Assembly: GCF_000010065.1 (NCBI RefSeq)
Contig: NC_006576.1
Span: 1,950,001 to 1,982,000, forward strand
From: Synechococcus elongatus PCC 6301
GTDB taxonomy: Bacteria; Cyanobacteriota; Cyanobacteriia; Synechococcales; Synechococcaceae
Direction of reading: 5' to 3'
DNA: 32,000 bases
Each line of letters begins with the position of its first letter. Within the stretch, counting starts at the first letter, position 1. The notes under the pieces were generated by a model. The model saw only the letters and a list, made by a program, of their open reading frames with translations, had not been told where the DNA came from and made no database searches. The position numbers and the translations under genes were made by a program. Shown here piece after piece: positions 1 through 11,131 of this stretch.

Positions 1-956
1 CCAAAACAGGGGTGGAGTGTGAGTTCTTCCTTCTGGATGAAACCGGAGATGCGATCGCTGATCCGCGCGATCGCCAGGCGAAACCTTGCTACGACCAGCA
101 GTCCCTGATGCGGCGCTACGACCTGATTACCCAGATCAGTGAAGCGATGGAGGAACTGGGCTGGGGGCCGTATCAAAGTGATCATGAAGATGCCGACGGT
201 CAGTTTGAAATGAACTGGACCTATGCGGATGCGCTAGTCACTGCCGATCGCCAGGCTTTCTTCAAGTACATGGTCAAAACTCTCGCGGAACGGCAAGGAT
301 TAAGGGCTACCTTTATGCCCAAGCCCTTCGCGGATTTGACCGGCAATGGTTGCCACATGCACCTTTCACTCTGGAATCGGGAGGGCACAACCAATACTTT
401 TGTCGATCCGGTTGCGACTGCTCCCCTCTCGACCCTGGGCTATCAGTTTATTGGTGGATTGCTGCATTCGGCGGCATCCCTCTGCGCCCTCACCAACCCA
501 ACCATCAACTCCTATAAGCGGATTAATGCACCGGCGACGACCTCGGGTGCGACTTGGTCTCCGAACGGTATTAGCTACAGTGGCAACAACCGCACCCACC
601 TGATCCGTATTCCCGATGCCGGTCGCTTTGAGTTGCGACTCGCCGATGGGGCTGCTAACCCTTACCTGTTGCCTGCTGCCGCGATCGCTGCCGGCTTAGA
701 TGGTATTCAGAACAAACGCGATCCAGGCCCCCGCTACGACAATGACAACTATGCTCAGCCCTTACCACCCGGCACAGTTCCGACCTTGCCCGAGCATTTG
801 CTGGATGCCCTGCGATCGCTACAAGAAAGCACTGTTCTCACCGAAGGTTTGGGAGCTGCGTTCACAAGTGCATACCTCAAGCTTAAGCATCAGGAATGGC
901 GCAGTTTTTGTGCTGAAATTACCCCTTGGGAGCGCGCTACAACCTTGGATTGCTAG
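1..956 (+). CDS. glutamine synthetase family protein, C-terminal catalytic part (5' end lies outside the window)
   Basis: The reading frame is open from the window edge; track ORF 12..956 is its in-window part. GS catalytic-domain motifs are present: GVECEFFLLD, NGCHMHLSLW, NSYKRI, NRTHLIRIP. The motifs look GSI-like (gamma-glutamyl-amine ligase type) rather than type III. Confidence 0.85.
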   Translation, partial: KTGVECEFFLLDETGDAIADPRDRQAKPCYDQQSLMRRYDLITQISEAMEELGWGPYQSDHEDADGQFEMNWTYADALVTADRQAFFKYMVKTLAERQGLRATFMPKPFADLTGNGCHMHLSLWNREGTTNTFVDPVATAPLSTLGYQFIGGLLHSAASLCALTNPTINSYKRINAPATTSGATWSPNGISYSGNNRTHLIRIPDAGRFELRLADGAANPYLLPAAAIAAGLDGIQNKRDPGPRYDNDNYAQPLPPGTVPTLPEHLLDALRSLQESTVLTEGLGAAFTSAYLKLKHQEWRSFCAEITPWERATTLDC

Positions 957-2040
957 CCCCATTGCCCACCTGTAACCAGCGTTGTAACTGCTGTTCTTCG
1001 TGGCGGCGTAAGCGTTGCCCTTTGCGGGTAAATTGCCGCCGCACGATCGCCGCACCAAACCCCAGTTGTACGTCGGCCCCGAGGGCTTGAAGGGGTACTG
1101 CAGCAGAACTGACGGTAAAGACGGGCAGTCCTTGTAGATCGGGCAATAGGCTCAGCAGAATCACTTCGATTGGCCAAAAGGCGAGTTGCGAATCCTGAAG
1201 CACTAGGGGTTCAACCCCAAGGTCAGCGATCGCGGTTGTCAGCTGCTGGAGTTTGGTGGCACTGTCTCGGGGATGGGGTTTGAGTAGCAGGGCCGACGGG
1301 AGTGACTGGTCAGCCAAAAACTGGCGATAGGCTTCAATCTCAGCCGTAAGGCTGATGTAGGCGCCGTCAGCTTGCTCTGAGAGGTTGGCTGTCAGCAATA
1401 CGCCCCACTCTCGCTGAGCCGTCAGTTGTCTCAAACTGGCGATCGCTTGTGTGGGTAAGGCGTTGGCAAGGGTATGTAGGTAGTCCTCAAGGTCAGACAA
1501 AGGGACTGGCTGGCTGGGGAAGGGAGGTTGGCGATCCCCTGAAAAGATGAAATGACCACCATCGGCTGGAAGTGGTTTGGTAGCTGGTGACCACCAAGAT
1601 CGCAGCCGCGATCGCCAGCCCCGCCGCTGCTGCAGCACAGAGTCGGCAGCCACGTAGACCCCCAGCCCATCGCCGTAGCACAGGCAGCGTGCTGTTGGAT
1701 AAAGCTGTCGCAGAAGTTGTTCTTTCGGACGCCAGCCGGTGGCCAGCCACAGTTCATCGACGGTCTCGAGTCCAATCTCTTGTCGGAGTTGTTGTTGTTC
1801 TAGAGCTGATAGGGAGCGCCCCAGCCAACTGGTAAACCGCTCGGGAGCGATTGCTGATCCCGTCAAACCCGGCTGGAGCTGGGTTGCCATGCGGGCAACT
1901 TCGGCAGAGAAAGCCGCAAAACGATCGCGCGGTGCCCATCCCGAAAAGCAGTAGCGATCGGCTTGGAGTCCTTGACTGCGGAGCGCGGCGATCGCCGCAA
2001 CCAGTTGGGCACTGCCAGGACAGTCGATGAGTCGCCGCAT
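937..2040 (-). CDS. uncharacterised GT-B-like protein with HP motif; putative CMP-sugar (Kdo/sialyl-type) glycosyltransferase
   Basis: 367-aa ORF. Its ATG (2038-2040) overlaps the stop of the upstream GT8 gene as ATGA. Its 3' end overlaps the convergent GS gene by 20 nt. The collinear pattern LSEQAD-(about 30 aa)-LLLKPHPRD-...FTVSSAAVPLQALG is shared with ORF 9966..11054. The functional call is inference only. Confidence 0.5.
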   Translation of the reverse strand: MRRLIDCPGSAQLVAAIAALRSQGLQADRYCFSGWAPRDRFAAFSAEVARMATQLQPGLTGSAIAPERFTSWLGRSLSALEQQQLRQEIGLETVDELWLATGWRPKEQLLRQLYPTARCLCYGDGLGVYVAADSVLQQRRGWRSRLRSWWSPATKPLPADGGHFIFSGDRQPPFPSQPVPLSDLEDYLHTLANALPTQAIASLRQLTAQREWGVLLTANLSEQADGAYISLTAEIEAYRQFLADQSLPSALLLKPHPRDSATKLQQLTTAIADLGVEPLVLQDSQLAFWPIEVILLSLLPDLQGLPVFTVSSAAVPLQALGADVQLGFGAAIVRRQFTRKGQRLRRHEEQQLQRWLQVGNGASNPRL

Positions 2041-2876
2041 CAGACCTTGACCGGACGCAGTTGCTGCTTAACTTGGCGCAGCCAGGACCGCAAACGCTGC
2101 CGAGTCAGCCAGCGCGGTCGGTTGCCTTCTCGGATATCGTCGCGGACGTTGAAGCGCTTAATCGCTTGGCTAATTTCTGTGTCTGTGAGGATGCCGGAGT
2201 CGAGTGCCTGCTGCATGGCCTTGAACCAGAGGTCGCCGTAGGGATGACCGGGTCGTTTCCAAGGCTGACGCTTGAGGTCGGTGTAATGGATCAGTCGAGT
2301 TTCGCGATCGGCAAAGTCAAAGCTATTCCAGCGTGGATCCAGTGCCCCGATCTGATAGGGGCGTTTGTTCAAAAAGCGCGGTCCCATGCAGGGCAGATCG
2401 CGATAGTCGTAAACACCGGCTTCCAGTTCATCAATGAACTGTTCGAGGGGAAATCGGCAGCGATCGCAATCAAACAGGACGACACTCAAACCCCAGAGAG
2501 CACCAGCGCGATCGGGATAGGCTTCGGCTTTGGCGAGGAAGTCTGCCCCTTCCAGATCAGTGTCAAACAGTTCGCCAATATCGTGTAGGCAAACCACATC
2601 GGAGTCGATGTAGATGGCGCGGCCTTGGTAGCCGCAGAGTTCTGGAATCAAAAAACGGTAGAGGCTAAACTCCGTCGCATTCCAGTACTTGACCCGCAGT
2701 GACATGGGGGCGGGACGGGGTGGCTCTCCTAAAACCTCTAGGGCGTTGTGGGTGCCGTTAAACGCCGTAATTGCCAACGGGCGATCGGTCATCCGTTGTA
2801 GCGAATCGATCGCCACTTGCCGCTCAATGCGGCTGGCTTCTCCGGAACCAATGAAGATGCGAATGGGATCGGCCAT
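2040..2876 (-). CDS. glycosyltransferase family 8 (retaining, LPS-core type)
   Basis: 278 aa. GT8 hallmarks: YRFLIPELCGYQGRAIYIDSDVVCLHDIGELFDTDL (DxD = DSD) and the C-terminal LIHYTDLKRQPW motif. It is a clear paralogue of ORF 8908..9882. Confidence 0.85.
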   Translation of the reverse strand: MADPIRIFIGSGEASRIERQVAIDSLQRMTDRPLAITAFNGTHNALEVLGEPPRPAPMSLRVKYWNATEFSLYRFLIPELCGYQGRAIYIDSDVVCLHDIGELFDTDLEGADFLAKAEAYPDRAGALWGLSVVLFDCDRCRFPLEQFIDELEAGVYDYRDLPCMGPRFLNKRPYQIGALDPRWNSFDFADRETRLIHYTDLKRQPWKRPGHPYGDLWFKAMQQALDSGILTDTEISQAIKRFNVRDDIREGNRPRWLTRQRLRSWLRQVKQQLRPVKV

Positions 2877-2908
2877 GGGGATATCCCCAGCGAGGGTTAT
2901 CGCCCAAG

Positions 2909-3358
2909 CTACTGTGCTGCTGGAGCTGACAGCAAGCCCGATTGTGCCGCTGGCAGAGGTTGCCGCATCGCAGCCTCAGGTGGGGGTGGAATAATGCCGT
3001 AGCCCTGCCACTCGGGCTCAGACTCCCCGCGACAATCAACGCGAAGGCCATAGCGTGCCAATTGATAGCGATACTCTCCGGTCAGGCAGTCGTTATCACC
3101 ATTGGGAATCAAGTTTTGGTCGATCGCATAGCGGATAGCGGCCTCAACCGTCCGATTCGGCGTGGTCTGAGAGTCAGGGGTCGCGAGTGGCAGTGCCCCC
3201 TGGGCCTGCAGAGCTTGTAGACGGGCCTGATGTTCAGCAAAGTCCCATTGAATCCGAAGCCCCATACAACCGAGAAAACCTAGGGCGATTGTGATCATCA
3301 CGATCGGTTCTCGGTAGCGTTGCCAAGTTTTCTGCAGAAAGCGCGATCGCACAGTCAT
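2909..3358 (-). CDS. hypothetical membrane-anchored protein
   Basis: 149 aa with one N-terminal hydrophobic helix (IVMITIALGFLGCMGL), a coiled QARLQALQAQ segment and a two-Cys C-terminal domain. It sits 4 nt downstream of the ligase-like gene, in the same - strand operon. Confidence 0.6.
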   Translation of the reverse strand: MTVRSRFLQKTWQRYREPIVMITIALGFLGCMGLRIQWDFAEHQARLQALQAQGALPLATPDSQTTPNRTVEAAIRYAIDQNLIPNGDNDCLTGEYRYQLARYGLRVDCRGESEPEWQGYGIIPPPPEAAMRQPLPAAQSGLLSAPAAQ

Positions 3359-3362
3359 GGCT

Positions 3363-5627
3363 TCAGGCGAGCGGAGAACTAGAGGTGGGTAGCCCCTTGG
3401 TTTGGGGAGATCGGCTGGGCATCAAGTGCCCCAGCCACGGTAAGCCCAGCAGGAGGCCAATTAACAGCTGGAGGAGGGGGAGCTTGAAGAAACTGCCCTC
3501 AAACAGGTGGAGTACGAGGCCGGTCACGAGGCTAACTAAGAGCCATTGCCTCAGTAATTGCTGGTCGGCATCGGCTGATTGTTGGATCTGTTGCCAGAGT
3601 CGGATCACAGTGGCTGTCAGCCCGACCAACACGATCGCCAGAACTAGGATGCCGTTATCAGCTAGGAGCTGCAGCACAAAGTTATGAGCGTGTGAGACCC
3701 GATTGAGGGTGAGCGGCGGCTGACAAATGGCGGCAGCTTGACCATAGCCTTGGCCCACCCAGAAACTGACGGGTCCGTTCATCCAAGCTTGACTGACATA
3801 GCAGCGAGCAATCGCGATCCGAGCGGGGTCATAGAACTCGAGGTAACGGCCGACGAGGTCAGGTCGAAGTGCGATGACACCTAGCAATAGGAGGCCAAAG
3901 CCCGGCAGCAGCCAAATCAACGATCGCCGCGATCGGCCTTGCCAGTTGAGGACGCCTGTCATACCAATCGCCAGAACGAACGCTCCCAAGCAAATGCGCG
4001 AGGCGGTTCCGAGGATAATGACGCCACCGGCCAAGCTAGAGAGTAGGTAAAGACCTCGCCAAGTGCGATCTCGCCAAGTTAGCAGCAACGCTGGCACGGT
4101 AGCGATCACAGTCAAAATGCCGACTTGGTTGATGTAGAGATCGCCCATGCTGATGCGAATCGTCCAGTTGATCGCCTGCAAATTCAGCAGTAGCCAGATC
4201 AAGGGGAGAAGACCGATCCAGCGCAGAAGCCGTAGGCTGCGATCGTGCCCGAGACCCGTGGAACCAATTAAACCAAAGCCCAGTAGGACGTAGGCTGACC
4301 AGGTTACTGAGGGATCGAGAGTCGGCTTAGCCCAGAAAGCCGGCGGCAAGAAGATCAAGGCGATCGTCGCCCAACAACCCAAACCGCGCCAATCTCGCTG
4401 CTGAAGCTGCTCAATCACGCAAATCACCAGCCAGCTACCTGCTAAAGGAACGGCCCAAAATGCACTATTGACTTGGAGTGCAAGTGCAACTAGCAAGAGC
4501 CAATCGACCGTTGTAGGGAGGCGAAGTGGTAGCGATCGCGTCCAGGGAATGGCCAAGCTTAGACCCAGCAGTAGAGGTGTTAACCCGCTGTTGAGCCAGT
4601 CGGTCTGAAATAGCAGCATCACGACCCAGAAGCCAAGGAGTGCAGCACCGCCCCCGAGCTGCGATCGCGGTAAATCACTACTGGCGAGCAATTGGCGATA
4701 GCGATCGCCTGCCACAAATCCCAGGGTGAGGACTGCCGCTAGGCCGAGTAGCCCCAACTCTGCCCAGAGTTGTAACAGGCCGCTCATGTTGTCAGCTGTC
4801 TCGCCCGTCAAGGTGCTGCAAGTGGTGGTGACAGATTGCACACCCCGCCCTACCAGCCAACGCAGCAGGTTGTGTTGAATTTGGTCCTGGGCGCAGCGCC
4901 AGAGTAACCCAGCAGGATCCGGTGCCAAAACAGCTGTCGGAAACGGCCAGAGTAGTCCGAGACCAATGCCAGTGCTAATCACCCCCAAACGTCCTAGGGG
5001 CGATCGCGTCCAGGTTCGCCAGAGAGTTATTCCCCAGCGCTGCAGCAGCACCACAATCAGTAGCCCTACCCCCCAGCCGAGACGCAGGGTAAAAGAACCC
5101 AGCCACCAACTTCCGCCCAGACCGATCGCGGCTGCGATACCGAGGGGCCAGCGCCAAGCCGGAGAGAGTCTCTGGGGTTGATCGGTGAAGTTGAAGAGAA
5201 TTGCGATCGCCCACAGCCCAGTCGCCGCCCAAGTCACGGTCAGCATCATGGGATTCAGTGAGTCCGACCAGATCAGAGTCGGCAGGCTGAGCAGCGGGGC
5301 TAGACCCAAGCTCAGCGTCACTTGCGATCGCTGTTGATCGGAAAGGCTGAGCCAACCACTAACGATCACCCCCGTCAGCCAGAGCATCTCACTTTGACCG
5401 ACTGACCAGTCCCGAGTTAAAGCCCGGACGATGGCGGGGCTGCAGAGCAGAGTGGCGATCGCGACGGGTTGCCACGGAAAGCGGCGATCGCGGTTGCTCA
5501 ACGTCTGCCAGATCAGCCACAGCCCCAGACTGGCGAGACTGGCTTCGGGCCAGAGTGGCAGCAGAGTACTGGCAAGCCAGAGGGGAATGACAGAGACCCT
5601 GAACGAGCCGGCTGGAGATGGCATCAT
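3363..5627 (-). CDS. O-antigen ligase/polymerase (Wzy_C) family polytopic membrane protein
   Basis: 754 aa, hydrophobic almost throughout. The C-terminal third carries a Wzy_C-type signature (periplasmic loop ...RVSHAHNFVLQLLADNGILVLAIVLVGL). Confidence 0.8.
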   Translation of the reverse strand: MMPSPAGSFRVSVIPLWLASTLLPLWPEASLASLGLWLIWQTLSNRDRRFPWQPVAIATLLCSPAIVRALTRDWSVGQSEMLWLTGVIVSGWLSLSDQQRSQVTLSLGLAPLLSLPTLIWSDSLNPMMLTVTWAATGLWAIAILFNFTDQPQRLSPAWRWPLGIAAAIGLGGSWWLGSFTLRLGWGVGLLIVVLLQRWGITLWRTWTRSPLGRLGVISTGIGLGLLWPFPTAVLAPDPAGLLWRCAQDQIQHNLLRWLVGRGVQSVTTTCSTLTGETADNMSGLLQLWAELGLLGLAAVLTLGFVAGDRYRQLLASSDLPRSQLGGGAALLGFWVVMLLFQTDWLNSGLTPLLLGLSLAIPWTRSLPLRLPTTVDWLLLVALALQVNSAFWAVPLAGSWLVICVIEQLQQRDWRGLGCWATIALIFLPPAFWAKPTLDPSVTWSAYVLLGFGLIGSTGLGHDRSLRLLRWIGLLPLIWLLLNLQAINWTIRISMGDLYINQVGILTVIATVPALLLTWRDRTWRGLYLLSSLAGGVIILGTASRICLGAFVLAIGMTGVLNWQGRSRRSLIWLLPGFGLLLLGVIALRPDLVGRYLEFYDPARIAIARCYVSQAWMNGPVSFWVGQGYGQAAAICQPPLTLNRVSHAHNFVLQLLADNGILVLAIVLVGLTATVIRLWQQIQQSADADQQLLRQWLLVSLVTGLVLHLFEGSFFKLPLLQLLIGLLLGLPWLGHLMPSRSPQTKGLPTSSSPLA

Positions 5628-5776
5628 TCGCTAGCGCTCCTCAGTGGGACTGCCGCACAGTTAAAAACAATGCAGGGGCGTTGGGCCACTGGGCTGGTCT
5701 GACCCAAGCTTGGCCCCGAGGGGGGTAGAGCCTGTGCTTTAATGCAGAGCCACATCGCGGCTGCCAAAGTATAGCT

Positions 5777-6748
5777 ATGGCTCCTCTCCTGTTTCGACAA
5801 ATTTTGGATTTAGAAGCAGAGGCGATCCAGCGAGCTGCTGAGCGGGCGGATGCTGAAGCTTTCGCGAATGCGACGCAATTGATTGCCAATTGTTCCGGCA
5901 AAGTAGTGCTCAGCGGGGTTGGGAAGTCGGGTATTATCGCCCGCAAAATTACGGCCACGCTGCTCAGCATTGGCACCCTCTCTGCCTTCCTTCATCCCTG
6001 CGACGCCCTGCATGGTGACCTCGGCATCGTCACTGAGCAAGATGTGGTCGTCATGCTCAGCAATAGTGGCGAAACTGACGAACTGCTGGCGATGCTGCCC
6101 CATCTGCAACGGCGTCAGGTGCCGATCATTGCGATCGTTGGCAATATGCGGTCTACACTGGCGCGGGTTGCTGCCGCTGTTTTGGATGCCTCGGTCGATC
6201 GCGAGGCCTGCCCTTTGAATTTGGCCCCGACGGCTAGCACAACGGTGGCGTTGGCGATCGGAGATGCCTTGGCTGCCCAAGTGATGGACTATCGATCGGT
6301 CACGTCTGAGCAGTTTGCCTTTAATCATCCGGCAGGACGCTTGGGTAAGCGGTTGACCCTAAAAGTGGTGGATGTGATGCATCAAGGGGAAGAGCTGCCG
6401 TTGCTGCCGCCGGAAGCTCGTTTTGTGGAGGTGGTGACGGCAATCAGTCGCGGGGGCTTGGGGGCCGTACCGATCGTGGAAGCCGATGGCCGTTTGTTGG
6501 GCTTGATCACGGATGGTGACCTGCGGCGACTCTTGGAACAGACGAGCCCGGCCAAGCTCGATCAAATTACAGCGGCAGAGTTCATGACGCCTCAGCCAAT
6601 TGCCGTTGAAGGTGACCTACTGGCCTATGATGCGCTGCATTTGATGGAAAACCGTCCGTCTCAAATTTCGGTGCTTCCCGTCGTCGATGCGGCCCAGCGC
6701 TGTCTCGGACTGGTGCGGATTCATGATTTGATCCGCAGTGGGATCTAG
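5777..6748 (+). CDS. kpsF: arabinose-5-phosphate isomerase (KpsF/GutQ/KdsD family)
   Basis: 323 aa. SIS domain (GKVVLSGVGKSGIIARKITATLLSIGT, SNSGETDEL) followed by a tandem CBS pair at the C-terminus. First gene of the Kdo operon. Confidence 0.9.
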   Translation: MAPLLFRQILDLEAEAIQRAAERADAEAFANATQLIANCSGKVVLSGVGKSGIIARKITATLLSIGTLSAFLHPCDALHGDLGIVTEQDVVVMLSNSGETDELLAMLPHLQRRQVPIIAIVGNMRSTLARVAAAVLDASVDREACPLNLAPTASTTVALAIGDALAAQVMDYRSVTSEQFAFNHPAGRLGKRLTLKVVDVMHQGEELPLLPPEARFVEVVTAISRGGLGAVPIVEADGRLLGLITDGDLRRLLEQTSPAKLDQITAAEFMTPQPIAVEGDLLAYDALHLMENRPSQISVLPVVDAAQRCLGLVRIHDLIRSGI

Positions 6749-6762
6749 GAGCAGCACAGTCC

Positions 6763-8866
<2,104 letters not shown>

Positions 8867-8907
8867 TCTCGGCTTCGATTCGCGATCGCGTTTTGAGAGG
8901 ATCCGTC

Positions 8908-9882
8908 ATGAACCTGTCTCCGATCCGCCTCTTCATTGGCAGCAGTGCCCGCAACCAAGTGGAAGAACGGGTGCTGGTCTACTCGATTCAGCGGCTGACG
9001 CAGCGACCCTTGGAAGTCTGGAGCCTGTTGGGCGATCGCGGTACGGTGCGCCGTCCTGATGGCTCAGAGCTGCCGTTGCCCGAAGCAATTCGCGATCGCC
9101 TGGGCGGTGCCACCCGCTTCTCTACAGCACGCTACGCCATTCCCCATTTCTGTGGCTATGAAGGGCGGGCAATTTACTGCGACTCGGATCAAATTCTGTT
9201 CACGGATTTGGCGGAATTGTTCGATCGCGATTTAGGGAATGCTGCCGTTGCTGCCGTGCCGGTAACTGCTGCGGTCAGCCGTCGTCGTTACGATCGCCGC
9301 CATTTGGCTCCGCTACGGCAACAAAACCACGCCAGCTACCTGACCAGTGTGATGCTGTTGGATTGCGCCCAACTGCGCCACTGGGATCCGCAGGCGATTT
9401 TGGCAGGGCTGTCGGTCGGTGACTACTCCTACACCGATTTGATGTTCTTGGGGCCGCAGTTCTGCGATCGCTTTGGCCTGAAAGTTCAGGATTTGGAATC
9501 CGGTTGGAATCACTTGGATGTGGTGCAGCCGGATACGAAGCTGCTGCACTTCACCGATCTGGAAACCCAGCCCTGGCGCTTTGCCCATCATCCAGCGGCA
9601 GATCTCTGGGAAAAACTCTACCTGGAGGCGATCGCTAGCGGAGCCCTCGATCGCACCACGATTACGGCTGCTCTGCGTGAAGGCGGTGTCTGTCGCCGGA
9701 TTGCGCTGCTGCCCGATTGGTCGGGACGGCGTGGGCGTTGGCTCAATCGCGTTTGGCGCAGTAGCAGTGCGGTTGGTCAGGAATTGCGGGATGCAAGTCG
9801 CGATCGCCTGCATCGACTCAAGCAACAGGGCAAGGCGATTGCCCAGGATTTTTTCGGGAAAAAACCGTCGTTCTCTCCTTAG
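8908..9882 (+). CDS. glycosyltransferase family 8 (paralogue of 2040..2876)
   Basis: The ATG at 8908 is preceded by GAGAGGA. Motifs: PIRLFIGSSARNQVEERV, CGYEGRAIYCDSDQILFTDLAELFDRDL, LLHFTDLETQPW. All align with the left-hand GT8. Confidence 0.8.
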   Translation: MNLSPIRLFIGSSARNQVEERVLVYSIQRLTQRPLEVWSLLGDRGTVRRPDGSELPLPEAIRDRLGGATRFSTARYAIPHFCGYEGRAIYCDSDQILFTDLAELFDRDLGNAAVAAVPVTAAVSRRRYDRRHLAPLRQQNHASYLTSVMLLDCAQLRHWDPQAILAGLSVGDYSYTDLMFLGPQFCDRFGLKVQDLESGWNHLDVVQPDTKLLHFTDLETQPWRFAHHPAADLWEKLYLEAIASGALDRTTITAALREGGVCRRIALLPDWSGRRGRWLNRVWRSSSAVGQELRDASRDRLHRLKQQGKAIAQDFFGKKPSFSP

Positions 9883-9965
9883 TTGAGCGACTTCCCCAGC
9901 GGTTAGCTCAGCGTTCTCGTCCGCAGATTGCGGCGCTGATTTACTCGCGAGCTTGTCTGCGGGTC

Positions 9966-11054
9966 TTGGTGCCTTACTTAGAGAGGTTGCGTCAGATTCA
10001 GATGACGACCGCCGGCGATCGCCCGTTTGATCTCTGGCTCCTGCTGCCAACGGAACGGGAAGTCAAAGCCCATGAATTGCGATCGCTAGTGGGCTCTGGT
10101 TGCCACCTATCGCGATCGCTATGGCCACTACGCTATCTCCGTGCTAACCCCCAGCAGAGCGTGGGGCTCTTTTGTCTGGATCATCAGCTCTTCCCCGAGG
10201 CGCATCGCTTGGGAATTCGCGTGGCACGTTGGCTGCGTCAGCAAGGGGTCACGACGATCTGCAGTCAGCACGGTGGCACCGATGCCGAGAGTTTGGCAAG
10301 TTTAGCCTCGTCTGCCTCCGAAACCCTGCTGATTTGGGGGCACTATGCCGAGCAGGTGTTGCGCGATCGCTATCATTGGCAACCTTTGCAGCTCAAAGTC
10401 GTTGGCAATCCGCTCCACGATCGCCTCTTCACGATTCCTAAACCAACTCAGCCTGATTTTGATCAGCCGCTGATTCTCGTGGCTACGACGCTGCAACGGG
10501 AGTACGACGATCGCCCCAACTCCCAGCAGTGCTACCGCGACTATTTGCGCTGTTTGTTTTCAGCCTTAGAAAGCATCAACGGACGGGTGATGATCAAACG
10601 CCATCCCCGCGACCCTCAGCAACCGGATCTCTACGCAGAAGTACTGACTGAATTCCCAGCGTTACAGCAGCGGACGACTCTACTCTGGTCTCAGGATCAG
10701 CCCGATACCTACAGGCTGTTGCAGCAGGCCGATTTGGTGATCAGTCGCGCGTCCACGGTGCTGGAGGAAGCAGACATGCTCGGGAAAGCCACGATTGCCT
10801 TTGATCTCTTTCCAAATGGCCCTGCTAGTCGTTATCTGCATTTGCAAGCATTTCCGAACTTTCAGTGGATTGCAGGTAGTGAAACCACGTCTTTAACAAC
10901 GGCAATCCAGACTGCCCTGGCAACGCCTCAACTGCAGACTGATCAAGATCGCGATCGCTGTATTGCAGCATTTAGCGATCGCCTAGATGGACGCTCAGTG
11001 GAGCGTGGTGTGGCGGTCATTCTGGAGCAGCTCCAGCGGCAGCCCAAGCTTTGA
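9966..11054 (+). CDS. uncharacterised GT-B-like protein with HP motif; putative CMP-sugar (Kdo) glycosyltransferase, capsule-synthesis (KpsS/KpsC)-like pattern
   Basis: 362 aa with a TTG start at 9966; an alternative ATG lies at 10002. Pattern: LILVATTLQREYDD-(about 30 aa)-VMIKRHPRD-...ADLVISRASTVLEEADMLGKATIAF, a typical GT-B C-terminal half. The function is inference. Confidence 0.5.
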   Translation: MVPYLERLRQIQMTTAGDRPFDLWLLLPTEREVKAHELRSLVGSGCHLSRSLWPLRYLRANPQQSVGLFCLDHQLFPEAHRLGIRVARWLRQQGVTTICSQHGGTDAESLASLASSASETLLIWGHYAEQVLRDRYHWQPLQLKVVGNPLHDRLFTIPKPTQPDFDQPLILVATTLQREYDDRPNSQQCYRDYLRCLFSALESINGRVMIKRHPRDPQQPDLYAEVLTEFPALQQRTTLLWSQDQPDTYRLLQQADLVISRASTVLEEADMLGKATIAFDLFPNGPASRYLHLQAFPNFQWIAGSETTSLTTAIQTALATPQLQTDQDRDRCIAAFSDRLDGRSVERGVAVILEQLQRQPKL

Positions 11055-11131
11055 GAGCTTCTGGAACCAAGGCCAGATCATTGGCTTTCCTCGCTAGGAT
11101 CAGGACTTAGGTCTAGTACGAGACGCCTGCC

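Noticed and set aside
5810-6328. 172-aa - strand ORF
   Set aside because: It lies antisense to kpsF, whose SIS domain motifs are clear on the + strand.
9313-10050. 245-aa ORF on the - strand
   Set aside because: It lies antisense to the well-supported GT8 gene (8908-9882). Its Arg/Ser/Pro-rich, low-complexity translation is typical of shadow ORFs in GC-rich DNA, and it has no recognisable motifs.
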